32,000 nt of DNA from Candidatus Electrothrix sp. GW3-4. GTDB lineage: Bacteria > Desulfobacterota > Desulfobulbia > Desulfobulbales > Desulfobulbaceae. The DNA lies in NCBI RefSeq assembly GCF_037902255.1, contig NZ_CP147990.1, forward strand, positions 2,640,001 through 2,672,000, in the 5' to 3' direction. The translations under genes were made by a program, and so were the position numbers. Of the stretch, positions 1 to 10,007 are shown one piece after another; position 1 is the stretch's first letter; the number at the start of each line of letters is the position of its first letter. The notes beneath the pieces were generated by a model. The model saw nothing but the letters and a program-made list of their open reading frames with translations. It had not been told where the DNA came from and searched no databases.

Positions 1-796
1 GACAGTCCTTGCCCATGCCGTAGCTGAGCACCGGGGCAGAGCACTGGTCTGCAATCTCGGCAACCACAGGATCATCCGTGCAGGCCACCAGGACCCCATC
101 CGCAGGAATCAGGCCAACGAAACGGACAAAGGAGGCCTTGATCGTCTCCAGATCAGCAAAGATATCTGCGTGGTCAAACTCAATGGAGGTCAGGATGGCG
201 CAATGGGGTCGGTAATGGAGGAACTTGGAGACCTTATTAAAAAAGGCCGTGTCGTACTCATCCCCTTCCACGACAAAGAACTCTCCCTCACCCAGGCGAT
301 AATTGCGGCCAAAGGCCTCAACAATCCCGCCGATGAGAAAACCAGGTGAGCAGCCTGCCCGATGCAGGGCCGTGGCCAGCAGGGAGGAGGTGGTGGTCTT
401 ACCGTGGGTTCCGGCAACGACCAGGGACTTCTTGGGTGCTTCGCCGCCGAGGAAGAAATGACCCAGGGCCTGGGGCATGGAGAGATAGGGGATAGCCAAC
501 TCTGCCAGTCGCTGGGCCTCCGGGAACACAGCCTGGATCACGTTGCCGACAATGACCAGATCCGGGCAGAGCTCCAGGTTCTCTGGCACATAGCCCTGCA
601 TAACCTCGATGCCTGCCTGGGCAAGGAAGTCGGACATGGGCGGGTAGACATTCTGATCCGAGCCCGTGACCCGGTAGCCGCTCTCCTTGAGCATGCCAGC
701 AATGGCGGCCATGCCAGTGCCGCAGACCCCCATGATATGGATATGGTGGATGCTCTCCGGCACCGTATTGAGCTGTGGGTCAAGCAGGGCGGTCAT
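1..796 (-). CDS. mpl: UDP-N-acetylmuramate:L-alanyl-gamma-D-glutamyl-meso-diaminopimelate ligase (Mpl), N-terminal ~265 codons; 3' end lies beyond the window edge
   Basis: Open minus-strand frame running off the window start, so absent from the ORF track. Manual translation from ATG 796..794: MTALLDPQLNTVPESIHHIHIMGVCGTGMAAIAGML...LVVAGTHGKTTTSSLL...FVVEGDEYDTAFFNKVSKFLHYRPHCAILTSIEFDHADIF. It shows the Mur-ligase P-loop GTHGKTT and an Mpl-type EYD-AFF-K-SKF-HY/LEFDHADIF block. The plus ORF 362..844 is its antisense shadow. Confidence 0.85.
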   Translation of the reverse strand, partial: MTALLDPQLNTVPESIHHIHIMGVCGTGMAAIAGMLKESGYRVTGSDQNVYPPMSDFLAQAGIEVMQGYVPENLELCPDLVIVGNVIQAVFPEAQRLAELAIPYLSMPQALGHFFLGGEAPKKSLVVAGTHGKTTTSSLLATALHRAGCSPGFLIGGIVEAFGRNYRLGEGEFFVVEGDEYDTAFFNKVSKFLHYRPHCAILTSIEFDHADIFADLETIKASFVRFVGLIPADGVLVACTDDPVVAEIADQCSAPVLSYGMGKDC

Positions 797-1017
797 GAGA
801 ATCCCTTGGCCGATTTCCTGAGCGCATTAAAACCCCGCTTGTAATGCTCCTCAAAATTACCCGGGGTCACCCGGCCAATTTCAATAAACTTGACCACGAT
901 CTCCTTGGTCGCCTTTAAGATCGACTCATGGGTGATCGGCCGACTATCGGGCTGTTTTTTCTGCTGTTCACTCATGGTATGCATAAAAAGGGGGATATTC
1001 TCGTTCAACCCATCCAT
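793..1017 (-). CDS. small hypothetical protein (60-74 aa, start uncertain: 1017, 984 or 975)
   Basis: ORF-track 74 aa. Its TGA (795..793) overlaps the mpl ATG (796..794) as ATGA, suggesting translational coupling. No clear SD precedes any candidate start, and no family was recognised. Confidence 0.45.
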   Translation of the reverse strand: MDGLNENIPLFMHTMSEQQKKQPDSRPITHESILKATKEIVVKFIEIGRVTPGNFEEHYKRGFNALRKSAKGFS

Positions 1018-1050
1018 AAAAAGGACAACGGGGCAAAAAAAGCCCCTGTC
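1013..1050 (-). terminator. putative intrinsic terminator after the secreted-protein gene
   Basis: Minus-strand RNA: GACAGGGGC-UUUUUUU-GCCCCGUUGUC (9-bp stem with a 2-nt bulge, core GGGGC/GCCCC at 1030-1046), followed directly by CCUUUUUAUGG. Confidence 0.5.
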
Positions 1051-1154
1051 ACCACGAAGAAGGCCAATCCAGTCAGAGTAACAGGGGGACTCACACAGGA
1101 AAAACCGTCAGGCACTCCCTGGGAAGACATTATTCTCATCTCAGAGCACTCTGC

Positions 1155-1787
1155 CTAGTTCTTGGCCAAGGCGTTAAAGTCAATGGACTCAGCAAACTTC
1201 AACATCATCTCTTGCTCGACCCCATGCCCTTTGATAGTGACCATAAAGCGGCTGGCCACCACGATATCAATCTCACCCTTTCGGTCCTTATCATCGTATT
1301 TGATCATGGCGCGTTGGCGGCTGATGGTCTTAATGATCCCGCCAGCAGCCCCGGCAAACATGGGATTATTGAGCATGGTCATAATGGATTGCAGCACTGG
1401 CGAGTCAGAGACGATCTCAATGGAAAGAGTGGCTCCCTTGTCCGTGTAGTAATCACGACTCACGGTCACTCCACCTCCAAAAACGGCTGTACCCAGGGCC
1501 TGGGCTGTGGCGGGTTTGGCCTGCCATCCGCTTAATGGCTCGGGCAATAAGGCCTTCATCCGTTCACTTCTTTTCTGGCGGATGAGCTGGGTGGCATAAT
1601 CCAGGTTAGAGATGGCCCCGGCAAACTCACCGAGTTTATACTGTTTAACCGCCTCTTGAACGGTTGTCAGCACATCATCAGCTTCTTCTTGAGACTCTTG
1701 AGAAAAGACAGGTTGCGAAAGGAAGCAGGTAAGAAAAAAGGATAAAATTATAAAAGGATTAAGGCGGATTATTTGTTTTTTCTTCAT
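1155..1787 (-). CDS. secreted/periplasmic hypothetical protein (210 aa) with N-terminal signal peptide
   Basis: Internal start of the 301-aa track ORF. MKKKQIIRLNPFIILSFFLTCFLSQPVFSQE is a classic n-h-c signal peptide. The longer version would overlap the GGDEF gene 3' end. No family was recognised. Confidence 0.6.
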   Translation of the reverse strand: MKKKQIIRLNPFIILSFFLTCFLSQPVFSQESQEEADDVLTTVQEAVKQYKLGEFAGAISNLDYATQLIRQKRSERMKALLPEPLSGWQAKPATAQALGTAVFGGGVTVSRDYYTDKGATLSIEIVSDSPVLQSIMTMLNNPMFAGAAGGIIKTISRQRAMIKYDDKDRKGEIDIVVASRFMVTIKGHGVEQEMMLKFAESIDFNALAKN

Positions 1788-1835
1788 TATGTTCTCTGGT
1801 TTCTGAGGGCCGGGAGCTGTTCTTTTCCTTATTAT

Positions 1836-1864
1836 GTGATACCAACCCCCAGGGCCCCTGTCAA
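1836..1864 (-). promoter_or_regulatory. candidate sigma70-type promoter for the secreted-protein gene
   Basis: Minus strand: TTGACA (1864..1859), 17-nt spacer, TATCAC (1841..1836), about 45 nt upstream of ATG 1787. Motif match only. Confidence 0.3.
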
Positions 1865-1947
1865 GCTGGAACAGCGGCCCACATCCCTTACCTGATGGGC
1901 TGTTCAGCCCTCCAATATCATCCCCGCAGGTTCTCTGCTGAAACACC

Positions 1948-3378
1948 TCAGGACAGCTCTTCGTCCTCATCCTTATCCTCGTCCGTACAGGAGCTCGGCA
2001 GGGATTTACCGGCAATAATAACCCGATTTCTGCCCCTGTCTTTTGCCTCATATAAGGCACAGTCTGCCGCCCTGATCACGTCTTTAGTGCCTATTCCATG
2101 CTCAGGAAAGAGGGCAACGCCCAGGGAGGCGGTCACGGTATGTTCTTCATCGTACATCTCTACGGTCAGGGCCTCAATGCCTATACGCAGTTGTTCTGCC
2201 CGACGATGAGTATTTTTCAATGTTGCCCCGGGCAGGATAATGATAATTTCCTCGCCACCGTAGCGGCAGGCGATATCCTCATCGCGAACATTCTCCAGGA
2301 CAAACGCCCCGATCTCACTGAGGACCCTGTCGCCCAGATCATGGCCATAGGTATCATTAAAGACATTAAAATGATCAATATCAATCATAATCACCCCAAG
2401 GGGCTGATCATGGCGCTGGGCCCGACTGATCTCACGATGAAATGAGGCCTCCATATGGCGACGATTATACAGACCGGTCAAGGGATCCCGGATGGCCTGC
2501 ACCTTCAAGGTTTCACGCAACCGCAAATCGGTCAGGCTCATGGCGTAGCGATCTGCCATGCTCACAAAGAGGCGCTGCTTTGCCTCAAAGAGCTGCTCCT
2601 TTTCCCTCTCTGCCTGTCCCTCTCCTTGCCAACGTACCAAGAGGTACATCATACCCAATACCTGTCCATGCGCCGTCATAGGGACACAGACCGAGCTCTC
2701 GTCCGATGTCAGCTCTGAATGCGGACAAACCGGCGTGATCTGCGAATCTTGAACAGAGTGTGCCTTTCCCCTTCGGACAGCCCAACATCGCTGCTGTTCA
2801 AATTCAAGCTGGTTGTATCTGTCATCACCCCAGAAGCCAACAACCCGGAGCACTTTCATGGAATCATCCAGCAGACTGAGATAGCCTGCATCTGCAGGAA
2901 AGAGACGGCGGCAGGTACTGATCAGGACATGAAAGGTTTCTTCTTCTGACTCGCAGGCCTGGAGAAATTCACCCAGCTGTTGCAGGGTCAGGATCTCGAG
3001 ATTACGCTGAGTCAGCTCGTTGATGGTCCTGGTTAATCGATTATTGATCGCGGTCAGCTCTTCTGTCCGTTGTTGGAGCTGCTTTCTCAGTTCAATATGT
3101 TCGGTTAATTCCTGCTCCAGACGGGCATTCTTGTCCCCCAGCTCCTCCTGCTGTGCCTGGATCTTGAGATCAGCATTGAGAAGTTTACGTTGGGTGGTAT
3201 CGCTCAACTCGGCAAGGCGCGAGAGTTGCTGCAAAATTGCCGTATACTCCTCGGCCAGGGCACAGCCGTTTTCCCGCAGTATGTCCTGCGATAGGGAGGG
3301 ATCAGAGAAAGACTCTCGAAGATTCTCCAGAAGACTGTCTTTGTCTTTATACGGTTCTTCGGGCTTATCCGGTTTCAT
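1948..3378 (-). CDS. diguanylate cyclase: N-terminal coiled coil + GAF-like domain + GGDEF domain
   Basis: 476 aa. The C-terminus carries DPLTGLYNRRHM...DIDHFNVFNDTYGHDLGD...RDEDIACRYGGEEIIIILPG...SLGVA, with a GGEEI active-site variant and an RxxD I-site (RDED) exactly 5 residues upstream. The middle region is GAF-like. The N-terminus is heptad-rich (LEQELTEHIELRKQLQQRTEELTAINNRL). Confidence 0.9.
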   Translation of the reverse strand: MKPDKPEEPYKDKDSLLENLRESFSDPSLSQDILRENGCALAEEYTAILQQLSRLAELSDTTQRKLLNADLKIQAQQEELGDKNARLEQELTEHIELRKQLQQRTEELTAINNRLTRTINELTQRNLEILTLQQLGEFLQACESEEETFHVLISTCRRLFPADAGYLSLLDDSMKVLRVVGFWGDDRYNQLEFEQQRCWAVRRGKAHSVQDSQITPVCPHSELTSDESSVCVPMTAHGQVLGMMYLLVRWQGEGQAEREKEQLFEAKQRLFVSMADRYAMSLTDLRLRETLKVQAIRDPLTGLYNRRHMEASFHREISRAQRHDQPLGVIMIDIDHFNVFNDTYGHDLGDRVLSEIGAFVLENVRDEDIACRYGGEEIIIILPGATLKNTHRRAEQLRIGIEALTVEMYDEEHTVTASLGVALFPEHGIGTKDVIRAADCALYEAKDRGRNRVIIAGKSLPSSCTDEDKDEDEELS

Positions 3379-3690
3379 TATTTTTTCAGGGGGAGCCTGG
3401 CCAAAGCAGGGGTGAAAGGGTTCTGGTTCTTCTTCTCTGTCGCCTCCTCCTGTTCCGATAATTTTCCCATTAGTTTAACGTCTTCATATCATTCTTTCCT
3501 GGCAATCGTAAAATTACCTCCTGATGGGCCTTGTTTGTCAATAAACGGACATTGCCAAGCTATCAATGTCCTATTGCCGCCCCGGGCCCCGGCCTTCTTT
3601 CTTGCCAGCTTTCGCTCCTTGCCAAGAGATCAACAAATGTCATTTGCCTGCACTGTCAACACGAAAACAATCGCAGGCTGCTTACTGCGC

Positions 3691-5700
3691 TCACCAATCC
3701 ACCCGCAGGGTGTTATCCAGGGCGACAACCTTGCTAATACGGATCTTAACGGTATCACCAGGTTCCACAGGAAAGGAGGGATGAGCTGCCAGATCAATAT
3801 CAAACAGGCAGTCCAGCAAGAGCAGACTGACCCGTTTAGGACCGTGACTGACCACCAGAGCTGAGACCCTTTTACCAACCAGATCTTCTAAATAGCGGAG
3901 AACCCAATAGCGATGCCGCTGCTGCCGAACCTTATTGGCCCGGCCCAATTTCTGCTGAATCGTCCCGGCAAAATTCTTACATATATCTGCGGAAAAGAGC
4001 ATGCCGCGTCCGTGAATCAGGTGTGAGATCTGGAGCTGCATGGCCGTATCGAGAAAACGACGAATGGGTGAGGTGATGGTAGTATAACAGTTCAGGCCCA
4101 GGCCGGAATGAGGTTTGGGATGGACGGTCAGCTCTCCCCGGGCCAGAAAACGGCGCTGGCAGGCGATATCCTGGAGGCTGTTCTGCACCCCAGAGATCAG
4201 GCGTTTTCGGGGAGGAGGCTGGGAACGAAACAGGCCCGGTGCCTCCTGAGCCGCAAGATAATCGGCAGCTACCCCGTTGGCCAGGATCATACACTCGGAA
4301 ACCAGATTCCGGGACGGGCTGTCAGAGGGACTGAGATGAATAGAGACCTTACCCTGATTACTGACATAGATATTCACATCTGGAAAAGAGAGGAGCAGAG
4401 CCCCGCGTTCAACCCGCTTCAGGCGCAGCTGCTGACGGACCCGGTTAAGCAGACTCAGATCCGGGTCGGTTTCCATCATTTTATCCGTCTCAGTATAACT
4501 GAGCTGGCGTTTCACCTGAATAACACTGGGGACAATCCTGCTGTTCCTGATCTCACCTTGCGGCGAGATCTTGACCAAAAAACTGACCGCTGGTCGCACC
4601 CTGTCCTTAATCAGACTGAACACGCCCTGAGAGAGTTCTCTGGGCATCATAGGGATCTGCCCTTCGGGGAAATAAAGCGAGGTGGCCCGCTCCATGCCTT
4701 CCAAAAACAGAGGGTCCTTGGGGGTAAGAAAATAGCTAACATCTGAGATATGAATCCCGACCAGGACATCACCGTTTTCAAGCTCTTCCACATGCAGGGC
4801 ATCGTCATAATCACGGGTGGAAGCCCCGTCAATGGTCAGGGTATTCAGATCGCGGAAATCCTTGCGCTTGGGATCGGCTAATAATTCTTCCGCAGTAGGC
4901 TCTTTGATGCTTTCAGCATGAGCCATCAGTTCCGGGCTGAATTCCACGGGCTGTTCTGCCTGGAGTAGGGGGAGATTCTCATCTCTTTCCCAGACACCAG
5001 CCCGGACCAACAGATAATAGGCCTGGTTAGGCTGATGCAGCTCTGCCTTTTTCAGGAGTTGACGGACCACATCGGCCTGTTCTGCCTCGCTGCCAAACAG
5101 GACAAAATCGGCAATCCAAGCAAGGATTCGCTCCCGATCCGGCCATTGCTCCGCTGTCACCTGCTCCCCTTGCATAATGGTCTGCAAATGCGCCGCACCA
5201 GTGGTCAGGATTGCCTCTTTTTCCTTTTCCTTCTGCCGCTGATGGCGCAGCTGCTCTACCTGTTCTGGGGTATGAACATTAACCATCTCGTTTTTATATT
5301 TAAAGAAAAAACGATCGGTAAACACGGCCCGAAGAAAGGCGGCCGACTGATCATCGGTGAGATTTTCACCAAAGGAGAGTTCGGCAAGGAAGTCTGCCGG
5401 AAATGCGGTTTCTTGTTCTTCACTGGCCAGCTCCCAGATCTCTTCCAGCGGGATAGCGTTGGTCAGCGCTGCCCGTATCGCTGCCATCTCCTTAAGCAGG
5501 GCTATACGATCGTCACGGCTGGTACTGATTTGATGTTTCGTTTTGGAGGCTGTAACCACACGGGAGGTGGGGAGGTTCATTTCACGCCCGTTCTGATTGA
5601 GCAGACGCAGGCGATTATTGCTGTCCTGTAACACAAGACCGCAGATAAAACGCCCGCTGTCAAGATATTCGATAATAGTTCCGGGAGGTGTCATTGTCAT
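3691..5700 (-). CDS. RNase II/RNase R family 3'-5' exoribonuclease (RNB domain, C-terminal S1-like)
   Basis: Contains the RNB motifs [17 protein letters not shown] and [21 protein letters not shown]. Start chosen at [12 protein letters not shown] (ATG 5700); the track ORF extends to 5778. Confidence 0.85.
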   Translation of the reverse strand: MTMTPPGTIIEYLDSGRFICGLVLQDSNNRLRLLNQNGREMNLPTSRVVTASKTKHQISTSRDDRIALLKEMAAIRAALTNAIPLEEIWELASEEQETAFPADFLAELSFGENLTDDQSAAFLRAVFTDRFFFKYKNEMVNVHTPEQVEQLRHQRQKEKEKEAILTTGAAHLQTIMQGEQVTAEQWPDRERILAWIADFVLFGSEAEQADVVRQLLKKAELHQPNQAYYLLVRAGVWERDENLPLLQAEQPVEFSPELMAHAESIKEPTAEELLADPKRKDFRDLNTLTIDGASTRDYDDALHVEELENGDVLVGIHISDVSYFLTPKDPLFLEGMERATSLYFPEGQIPMMPRELSQGVFSLIKDRVRPAVSFLVKISPQGEIRNSRIVPSVIQVKRQLSYTETDKMMETDPDLSLLNRVRQQLRLKRVERGALLLSFPDVNIYVSNQGKVSIHLSPSDSPSRNLVSECMILANGVAADYLAAQEAPGLFRSQPPPRKRLISGVQNSLQDIACQRRFLARGELTVHPKPHSGLGLNCYTTITSPIRRFLDTAMQLQISHLIHGRGMLFSADICKNFAGTIQQKLGRANKVRQQRHRYWVLRYLEDLVGKRVSALVVSHGPKRVSLLLLDCLFDIDLAAHPSFPVEPGDTVKIRISKVVALDNTLRVDW

Positions 5701-6084
5701 AGGTTTAAAAAATATATAAGACCGGCTTCCAGACTGCCGAAAGAGTTTCGAAGAAATGTCAGGGGGCAAGAATATCAATCTGATTGCGCTCTGTCAAAGG
5801 ATGCCTGAACATTTTATATCTTCCTTGGGGTCCGGTTCTCCGGGGCACGGATTCGTTTTCTTTGAGTATACAGATAACTTGATAAAGAGACAAAGGTTTT
5901 GCAGAATTAATTCTCTTGGAAGCAAGAAAACAACAGGAAAAAACTTGCATAGCGTAAAACTCATAGTACATTGGGCGAGAAAGAGTAGTTTGAAACACCT
6001 GCCCAATACATACATTGTTATACGTGTTGTTTTGTTATACCTTATCCCCCTGCCTGTTAATTATCACCAAGGAAATACTCAAAA

Positions 6085-7029
6085 ATGAAGACCTCCCCAA
6101 TGGAACACTCCGCCCCTAAAGCGTACCGTTCCGGTGTCGTTGCAGTCATCGGCCCGCCGAATGCGGGTAAATCCACCCTGCTCAACAGGTATCTGGAGCA
6201 GAAGATAGCCATTGTCACCCCCCTGCCCCAAACCACACGCAACCGTATTCTGGGCATTGTCACCGGTGCCGATTATCAAATGATCATGCTGGACACCCCT
6301 GGCCTGCATAAGGCCAAAGAAATGATCAATCAGGAGATGGTGCGCATTGCCATGGACACCTTGGGTGAGGCAGACCTTGTTCTCTTCCTGGCTGATGCCC
6401 AGGCAGTGCATGCCTTAGCTGGGGACAAAAAACGCCTTGAAAAGCGCTATGCCGAATTCACGCGCTATTTCAGCAAAATACAATGCCCGGCCATATTAGC
6501 CCTGAACAAGGTGGATCAACTGGCAAAAGAAGAGCTGCTCCCCATGATGGATCGTTTCACCAACCTCCACCCCTTTTGCACGGTGGTGCCCATATCCGCC
6601 TTGGAAGGGGATGGAACAGATACCCTTCTCCAGACCCTGGTGGAGCATCTACCTGTGGGGCCGCAGTATTATCCTGATGACATCCCCACCGATGCCACAG
6701 AACGCTTTATCGTGGCGGAGCTGATTCGGGAAAAAATCTTTTTACGCACCCGGCAGGAAATTCCCTATTCCACGGCTGTGCTTATTGATTCTTTTAAAGA
6801 AAATCCTCAGGGAGGACCCGTTGTGATCCACGCCACTATCCTGGTGGAACGAGGCTCACAAAAAGGGATCATTATCGGCAAGCAAGGCAAGATGTTAGGC
6901 GAGATCCGCGAGGCCGCAATCAAAGAGATTGAGAAGCTGCTTTGTTGCAAGGCACAGCTCAAGCTTTGGATCAAGGTGAAGAAAAAATGGACCAGCAATG
7001 AACAGATTCTCCGGGAACTGGGCATGTAA
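6085..7029 (+). CDS. era: GTPase Era
   Basis: 314 aa. G1 GPPNAGKSTLLN, G3 DTPG, G4 NKVD, and a C-terminal KH domain (VERGSQKGIIIGKQGKMLGEI). An AAGGAAA SD-like sequence lies about 10 nt upstream. Confidence 0.95.
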   Translation: MKTSPMEHSAPKAYRSGVVAVIGPPNAGKSTLLNRYLEQKIAIVTPLPQTTRNRILGIVTGADYQMIMLDTPGLHKAKEMINQEMVRIAMDTLGEADLVLFLADAQAVHALAGDKKRLEKRYAEFTRYFSKIQCPAILALNKVDQLAKEELLPMMDRFTNLHPFCTVVPISALEGDGTDTLLQTLVEHLPVGPQYYPDDIPTDATERFIVAELIREKIFLRTRQEIPYSTAVLIDSFKENPQGGPVVIHATILVERGSQKGIIIGKQGKMLGEIREAAIKEIEKLLCCKAQLKLWIKVKKKWTSNEQILRELGM

Positions 7030-7046
7030 GGAAAGCCAATATCTCG

Positions 7047-7607
7047 TTAGATCAACACGATGATCACAAAGGTAAAGACCACGGCCACGACAAAATAGAT
7101 AATCGGTATTTCCAGCCAGCACGGTGGGAGCCATTGGATGAGCTTAAATGCCGCTTCTCCCGCTGCAGTCCCTTTAACAGGTGCGGTCAAAATATAGTCA
7201 GGAACAGGATAGTTTGCCGTATCAAGAAAAAACCAGAGCGAACCTACTAACAGGTAGCCGTTACCAGCGCCCAGGATCCCTCCCAACATCATATCCTGCA
7301 ACCAGTGCCGGGCTGCGCTCTTGCTATCCCGAGACAGATTCTTGTTGACCTTTTGGGCATTAGGCGAGTGGTAGCCAAAAAGGGCAAACAGAATCATAAC
7401 CAGGGAGGCTGCATAAAACTGGGTCGAGCCCTCCATGCCCCCCCATATTTTTTTTATCGGCCCGATATGGGTAAGTGTCACCTGCATGACAAATAAGGCC
7501 ATAATGAGACTGAACGTGACAAGCATTTCCTTTGCCCAACCGCGCATCGAGCCAATGATCGCGAACAGCAGAACAAGTGTCCAAAAGAAAAAGCTGATTG
7601 TCACCAT
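7047..7607 (-). CDS. CvpA-family integral membrane protein
   Basis: 186 aa from MVTISFFFWTLVLLFAIIGSMRGWAKEML, with several TM helices. The N-terminal G-x-RG-x-x-E block and the later GGILGAGNGYLLVGSLWFFLD block resemble E. coli CvpA. SD GGAGAA lies upstream of ATG 7607. Confidence 0.6.
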   Translation of the reverse strand: MVTISFFFWTLVLLFAIIGSMRGWAKEMLVTFSLIMALFVMQVTLTHIGPIKKIWGGMEGSTQFYAASLVMILFALFGYHSPNAQKVNKNLSRDSKSAARHWLQDMMLGGILGAGNGYLLVGSLWFFLDTANYPVPDYILTAPVKGTAAGEAAFKLIQWLPPCWLEIPIIYFVVAVVFTFVIIVLI

Positions 7608-7674
7608 TGGATCTTCTCCAGATTGGTCTGTATTGTCTTTTCTGCCAGCGCACACCCGCTGTAACTATGCCCTG

Positions 7675-7704
7675 ATTGTACAGAGCAGGCCTCGTCCCTG
7701 TCAA
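7675..7704 (-). promoter_or_regulatory. candidate sigma70-type promoter for the CvpA-like gene
   Basis: Minus strand: TTGACA (7704..7699), 18-nt spacer, TACAAT (7680..7675), about 65 nt upstream of ATG 7607. Confidence 0.35.
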
Positions 7705-7714
7705 GCAGGCTCTC

Positions 7715-8629
7715 TTACCCCCGGAGTTGTTCGGGTTCAAAAAGATTTCTTTCCATATGCTTGATTTCATCAATACCAGAAATAACGATCTCAGGGTCTG
7801 ATGTCAATTTTTCCGGCTCCAACTTATTCTCGTATTCAATATGGGTAAGAATATGCTTCATGCAGTTGATCCTTGCCTTTTTTTTGTTATCTGACCGGAT
7901 AATGGTCCAGGGCGTGAGGGTACGGTTGGACTCATTCAGCATCTGGAACTTCTTGACGCTGTATTTATCCCAGAGTTCCTGGGCCAGATTATCTACCGGA
8001 GACAGCTTATACTGCTTGAGTGGATCATGTTTTCTGGCATCAAAACGACGGGCTTGTTCCTCCTTGGAAACAGAAAAATAAAACTTAAACAAAATGATCC
8101 CGTCCTTGACCAGCATCTGCTCAAACAAGGGGACATCCTTGAGAAAACGCTTATGCTGTTCATCGGAACAAAAGCCCATAACCGGCTCCACCATTGCCCG
8201 GTTATACCAGGAGCGATCAAAGAGCACCAGCTCACCTGCTGCTGGAAGCTGGGGAGCATAACGCTGAAAATACCACTGCGTTGTCTCCGTATCACTGGGT
8301 TTTGACAGGGCCACCACCCGGGTATTACGAGGATTGAGAAAGGCGGTAATCCGTTTAATCGTCCCTCCTTTACCTGCTGCATCTCGCCCTTCAAAGATAG
8401 CCAGCACCCGCATCCCAGTGGCCTTCATATGTTTTTGCAGCTTCATCAACTCAATCTGCAGACTCTTTAACTCAATCTCATAATCAAGCGTAGCCTTTTT
8501 AATCCATACGGCGCAGCGGCCCTTTCCCTCTTTTTTATTCATATGCTTCATCGCTGTCCCTTCAAGAAGTTTTATCTCGATCGGACCATCTGCTTTTGTT
8601 TCAGTATTTTTCTCATCTTTATCCGCCAT
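7715..8629 (-). CDS. ppk2: polyphosphate kinase 2 (single-domain PPK2)
   Basis: PPK2 signature FEGRDAAGKGGTIKRI, plus FDRSWYNRA and WTIIRSDNKKKARIN. Start set at MADKDEK (ATG 8629), which has GGAGAA 6 nt upstream. Confidence 0.9.
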   Translation of the reverse strand: MADKDEKNTETKADGPIEIKLLEGTAMKHMNKKEGKGRCAVWIKKATLDYEIELKSLQIELMKLQKHMKATGMRVLAIFEGRDAAGKGGTIKRITAFLNPRNTRVVALSKPSDTETTQWYFQRYAPQLPAAGELVLFDRSWYNRAMVEPVMGFCSDEQHKRFLKDVPLFEQMLVKDGIILFKFYFSVSKEEQARRFDARKHDPLKQYKLSPVDNLAQELWDKYSVKKFQMLNESNRTLTPWTIIRSDNKKKARINCMKHILTHIEYENKLEPEKLTSDPEIVISGIDEIKHMERNLFEPEQLRG

Positions 8630-8886
8630 GATCTCTTCTCCTTGTTGGTTACGAACATCCTCGTCTCTGTCCACTGAACAACACCATTCGGGGAAGTCCC
8701 CTTAAACATCCTCTTAAACAATATAGATGCAATACGCGCAGTGATCAGTCTTGTGCTTTCAGAGCACTCTAGAAAAGGCATACCACATTTTTATACAAAT
8801 GGAAACGGTCCCTCGTAAACGATGCCTCCCTTGTCCGAGTTTTCTCTCGGAACGTCCCCCCCTTTCCGACAGGAAAAGAACAAAAC

Positions 8887-9891
8887 CTACAGCCCCTCTT
8901 GTCGCAGCCAAGTAAGCAAGCGCTCCACCCCGACCTCTGTGGATACCTTTTCCCGGTACCCCAGCAGCGTCTCCGCCTTTTTCTTGCTGAACCAGTGAGA
9001 CAGAGCTAATTGCTCTGCCAGAAAACGAGTCATCTTGGGTTCCTCCTTGCTGTCCAGAAGGCCATATCCCTTTTCCAGTAGCCAGCCAACCACCTTTGCC
9101 GTCCCCAAGCCCACCTGAGACCTCACCGGAGGCACCTCCATTCGGACAAAGAGTTCATTGATCCAGGGCCAAAGTTGTACCGGTTCCTGCTGTCCGATAA
9201 AAAAGGCATGGCCAGCCGCAGTCCCCTCACCTGCCAGATTTTCTGCTGTCAGCAGATGGGCATGGACCACATTATCGATATAGGCAATATCCACCTGATT
9301 CTTGCCATCCCCGACAATACGCAGGCTCTGCTCCCGACCACGGGCCATGAGCCGGGGAATCAGGTTGGTGTCACCAGGCCCCCAAACAAGATGGGGACGA
9401 ATGGCTGCTGTGCGCAGCGCCTCAGAGTTATTCTGCAACACCTGCTGTTCTGCCAGGATCTTAGTAAGCGCATAGGCACAGAGTGGCTTGCGAGAATATG
9501 GCAAGGATTCATCTGCTCCTTCCAGATCATGGCCGTCAAAAACCACAGACGGAGTTGATGTATAAACCAGATTCCCTATCCCCAATTCCTGACAGGCAGC
9601 CAGTACGTTCAAGGTCCCCAGGACATTAATAGCATAGTACTCCTGAAAAGCTCCCCAAATCCCGGCCTTGGCCGCGACATGAAAGACCGTGTCACAACCC
9701 GTCGCTGCCCGCCGTACATCCTCCAGGCTTCGAATGTCCCCTTGCAGAGAAATCGCCCCGGCCGCTTCTACCGCAGGATAACGATGTCTGCCGAGAACCA
9801 GGACCACCTTCCCCTGCCGACAAAGCTCCTGCACCAAGGCAAGCCCGATAAAGCCACCACCGCCAGTGACGAGTACCTTTGTATTCTTCAT
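8887..9891 (-). CDS. NAD(P)-dependent epimerase/dehydratase, 3-beta-hydroxysteroid dehydrogenase-like SDR
   Basis: 334 aa. Rossmann motif VLVTGGGGFIGLALV and catalytic YxxxK (YALTKILAE). Extended-SDR architecture. Confidence 0.85.
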   Translation of the reverse strand: MKNTKVLVTGGGGFIGLALVQELCRQGKVVLVLGRHRYPAVEAAGAISLQGDIRSLEDVRRAATGCDTVFHVAAKAGIWGAFQEYYAINVLGTLNVLAACQELGIGNLVYTSTPSVVFDGHDLEGADESLPYSRKPLCAYALTKILAEQQVLQNNSEALRTAAIRPHLVWGPGDTNLIPRLMARGREQSLRIVGDGKNQVDIAYIDNVVHAHLLTAENLAGEGTAAGHAFFIGQQEPVQLWPWINELFVRMEVPPVRSQVGLGTAKVVGWLLEKGYGLLDSKEEPKMTRFLAEQLALSHWFSKKKAETLLGYREKVSTEVGVERLLTWLRQEGL

Positions 9892-9978
9892 TGTTCTTTC
9901 ATCTCAAACAATTTTATATGAAAGTACCGACGACTCCTTGGAGTCGAGTCGTCCGATCAACTTTTACGCTTTGTTGAC

Positions 9979-9995
9979 CCTCCCCAGAGGGGAGG
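9979..9995 (-). terminator. GC-rich hairpin 13 nt downstream of the ppk1 stop (possible terminator or RNA-stabilising stem; no U-tract)
   Basis: CCTCCCC-aga-GGGGAGG: perfect 7-bp stem with a 3-nt loop. Confidence 0.3.
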
Positions 9996-10007
9996 AATGG
10001 GAGTTAT

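Noticed and set aside
362-844. 160-aa plus ORF at the window start
   Set aside because: It is antisense to the open-ended mpl frame, which shows clear Mur-ligase motifs.
1788-2060. N-terminal extension of the secreted-protein ORF (301-aa version)
   Set aside because: The extension overlaps the 3' end of the GGDEF gene and is Arg/Pro/Gly-rich. A textbook signal peptide begins at the internal Met (ATG 1787).
5701-6084. Small ORFs (5756..6088 +, 5759..5998 -, 5794..6015 -) in the RNase-era divergent spacer
   Set aside because: The region is AT-rich and promoter-like. The ORFs overlap one another, lack SDs, and have implausible composition.
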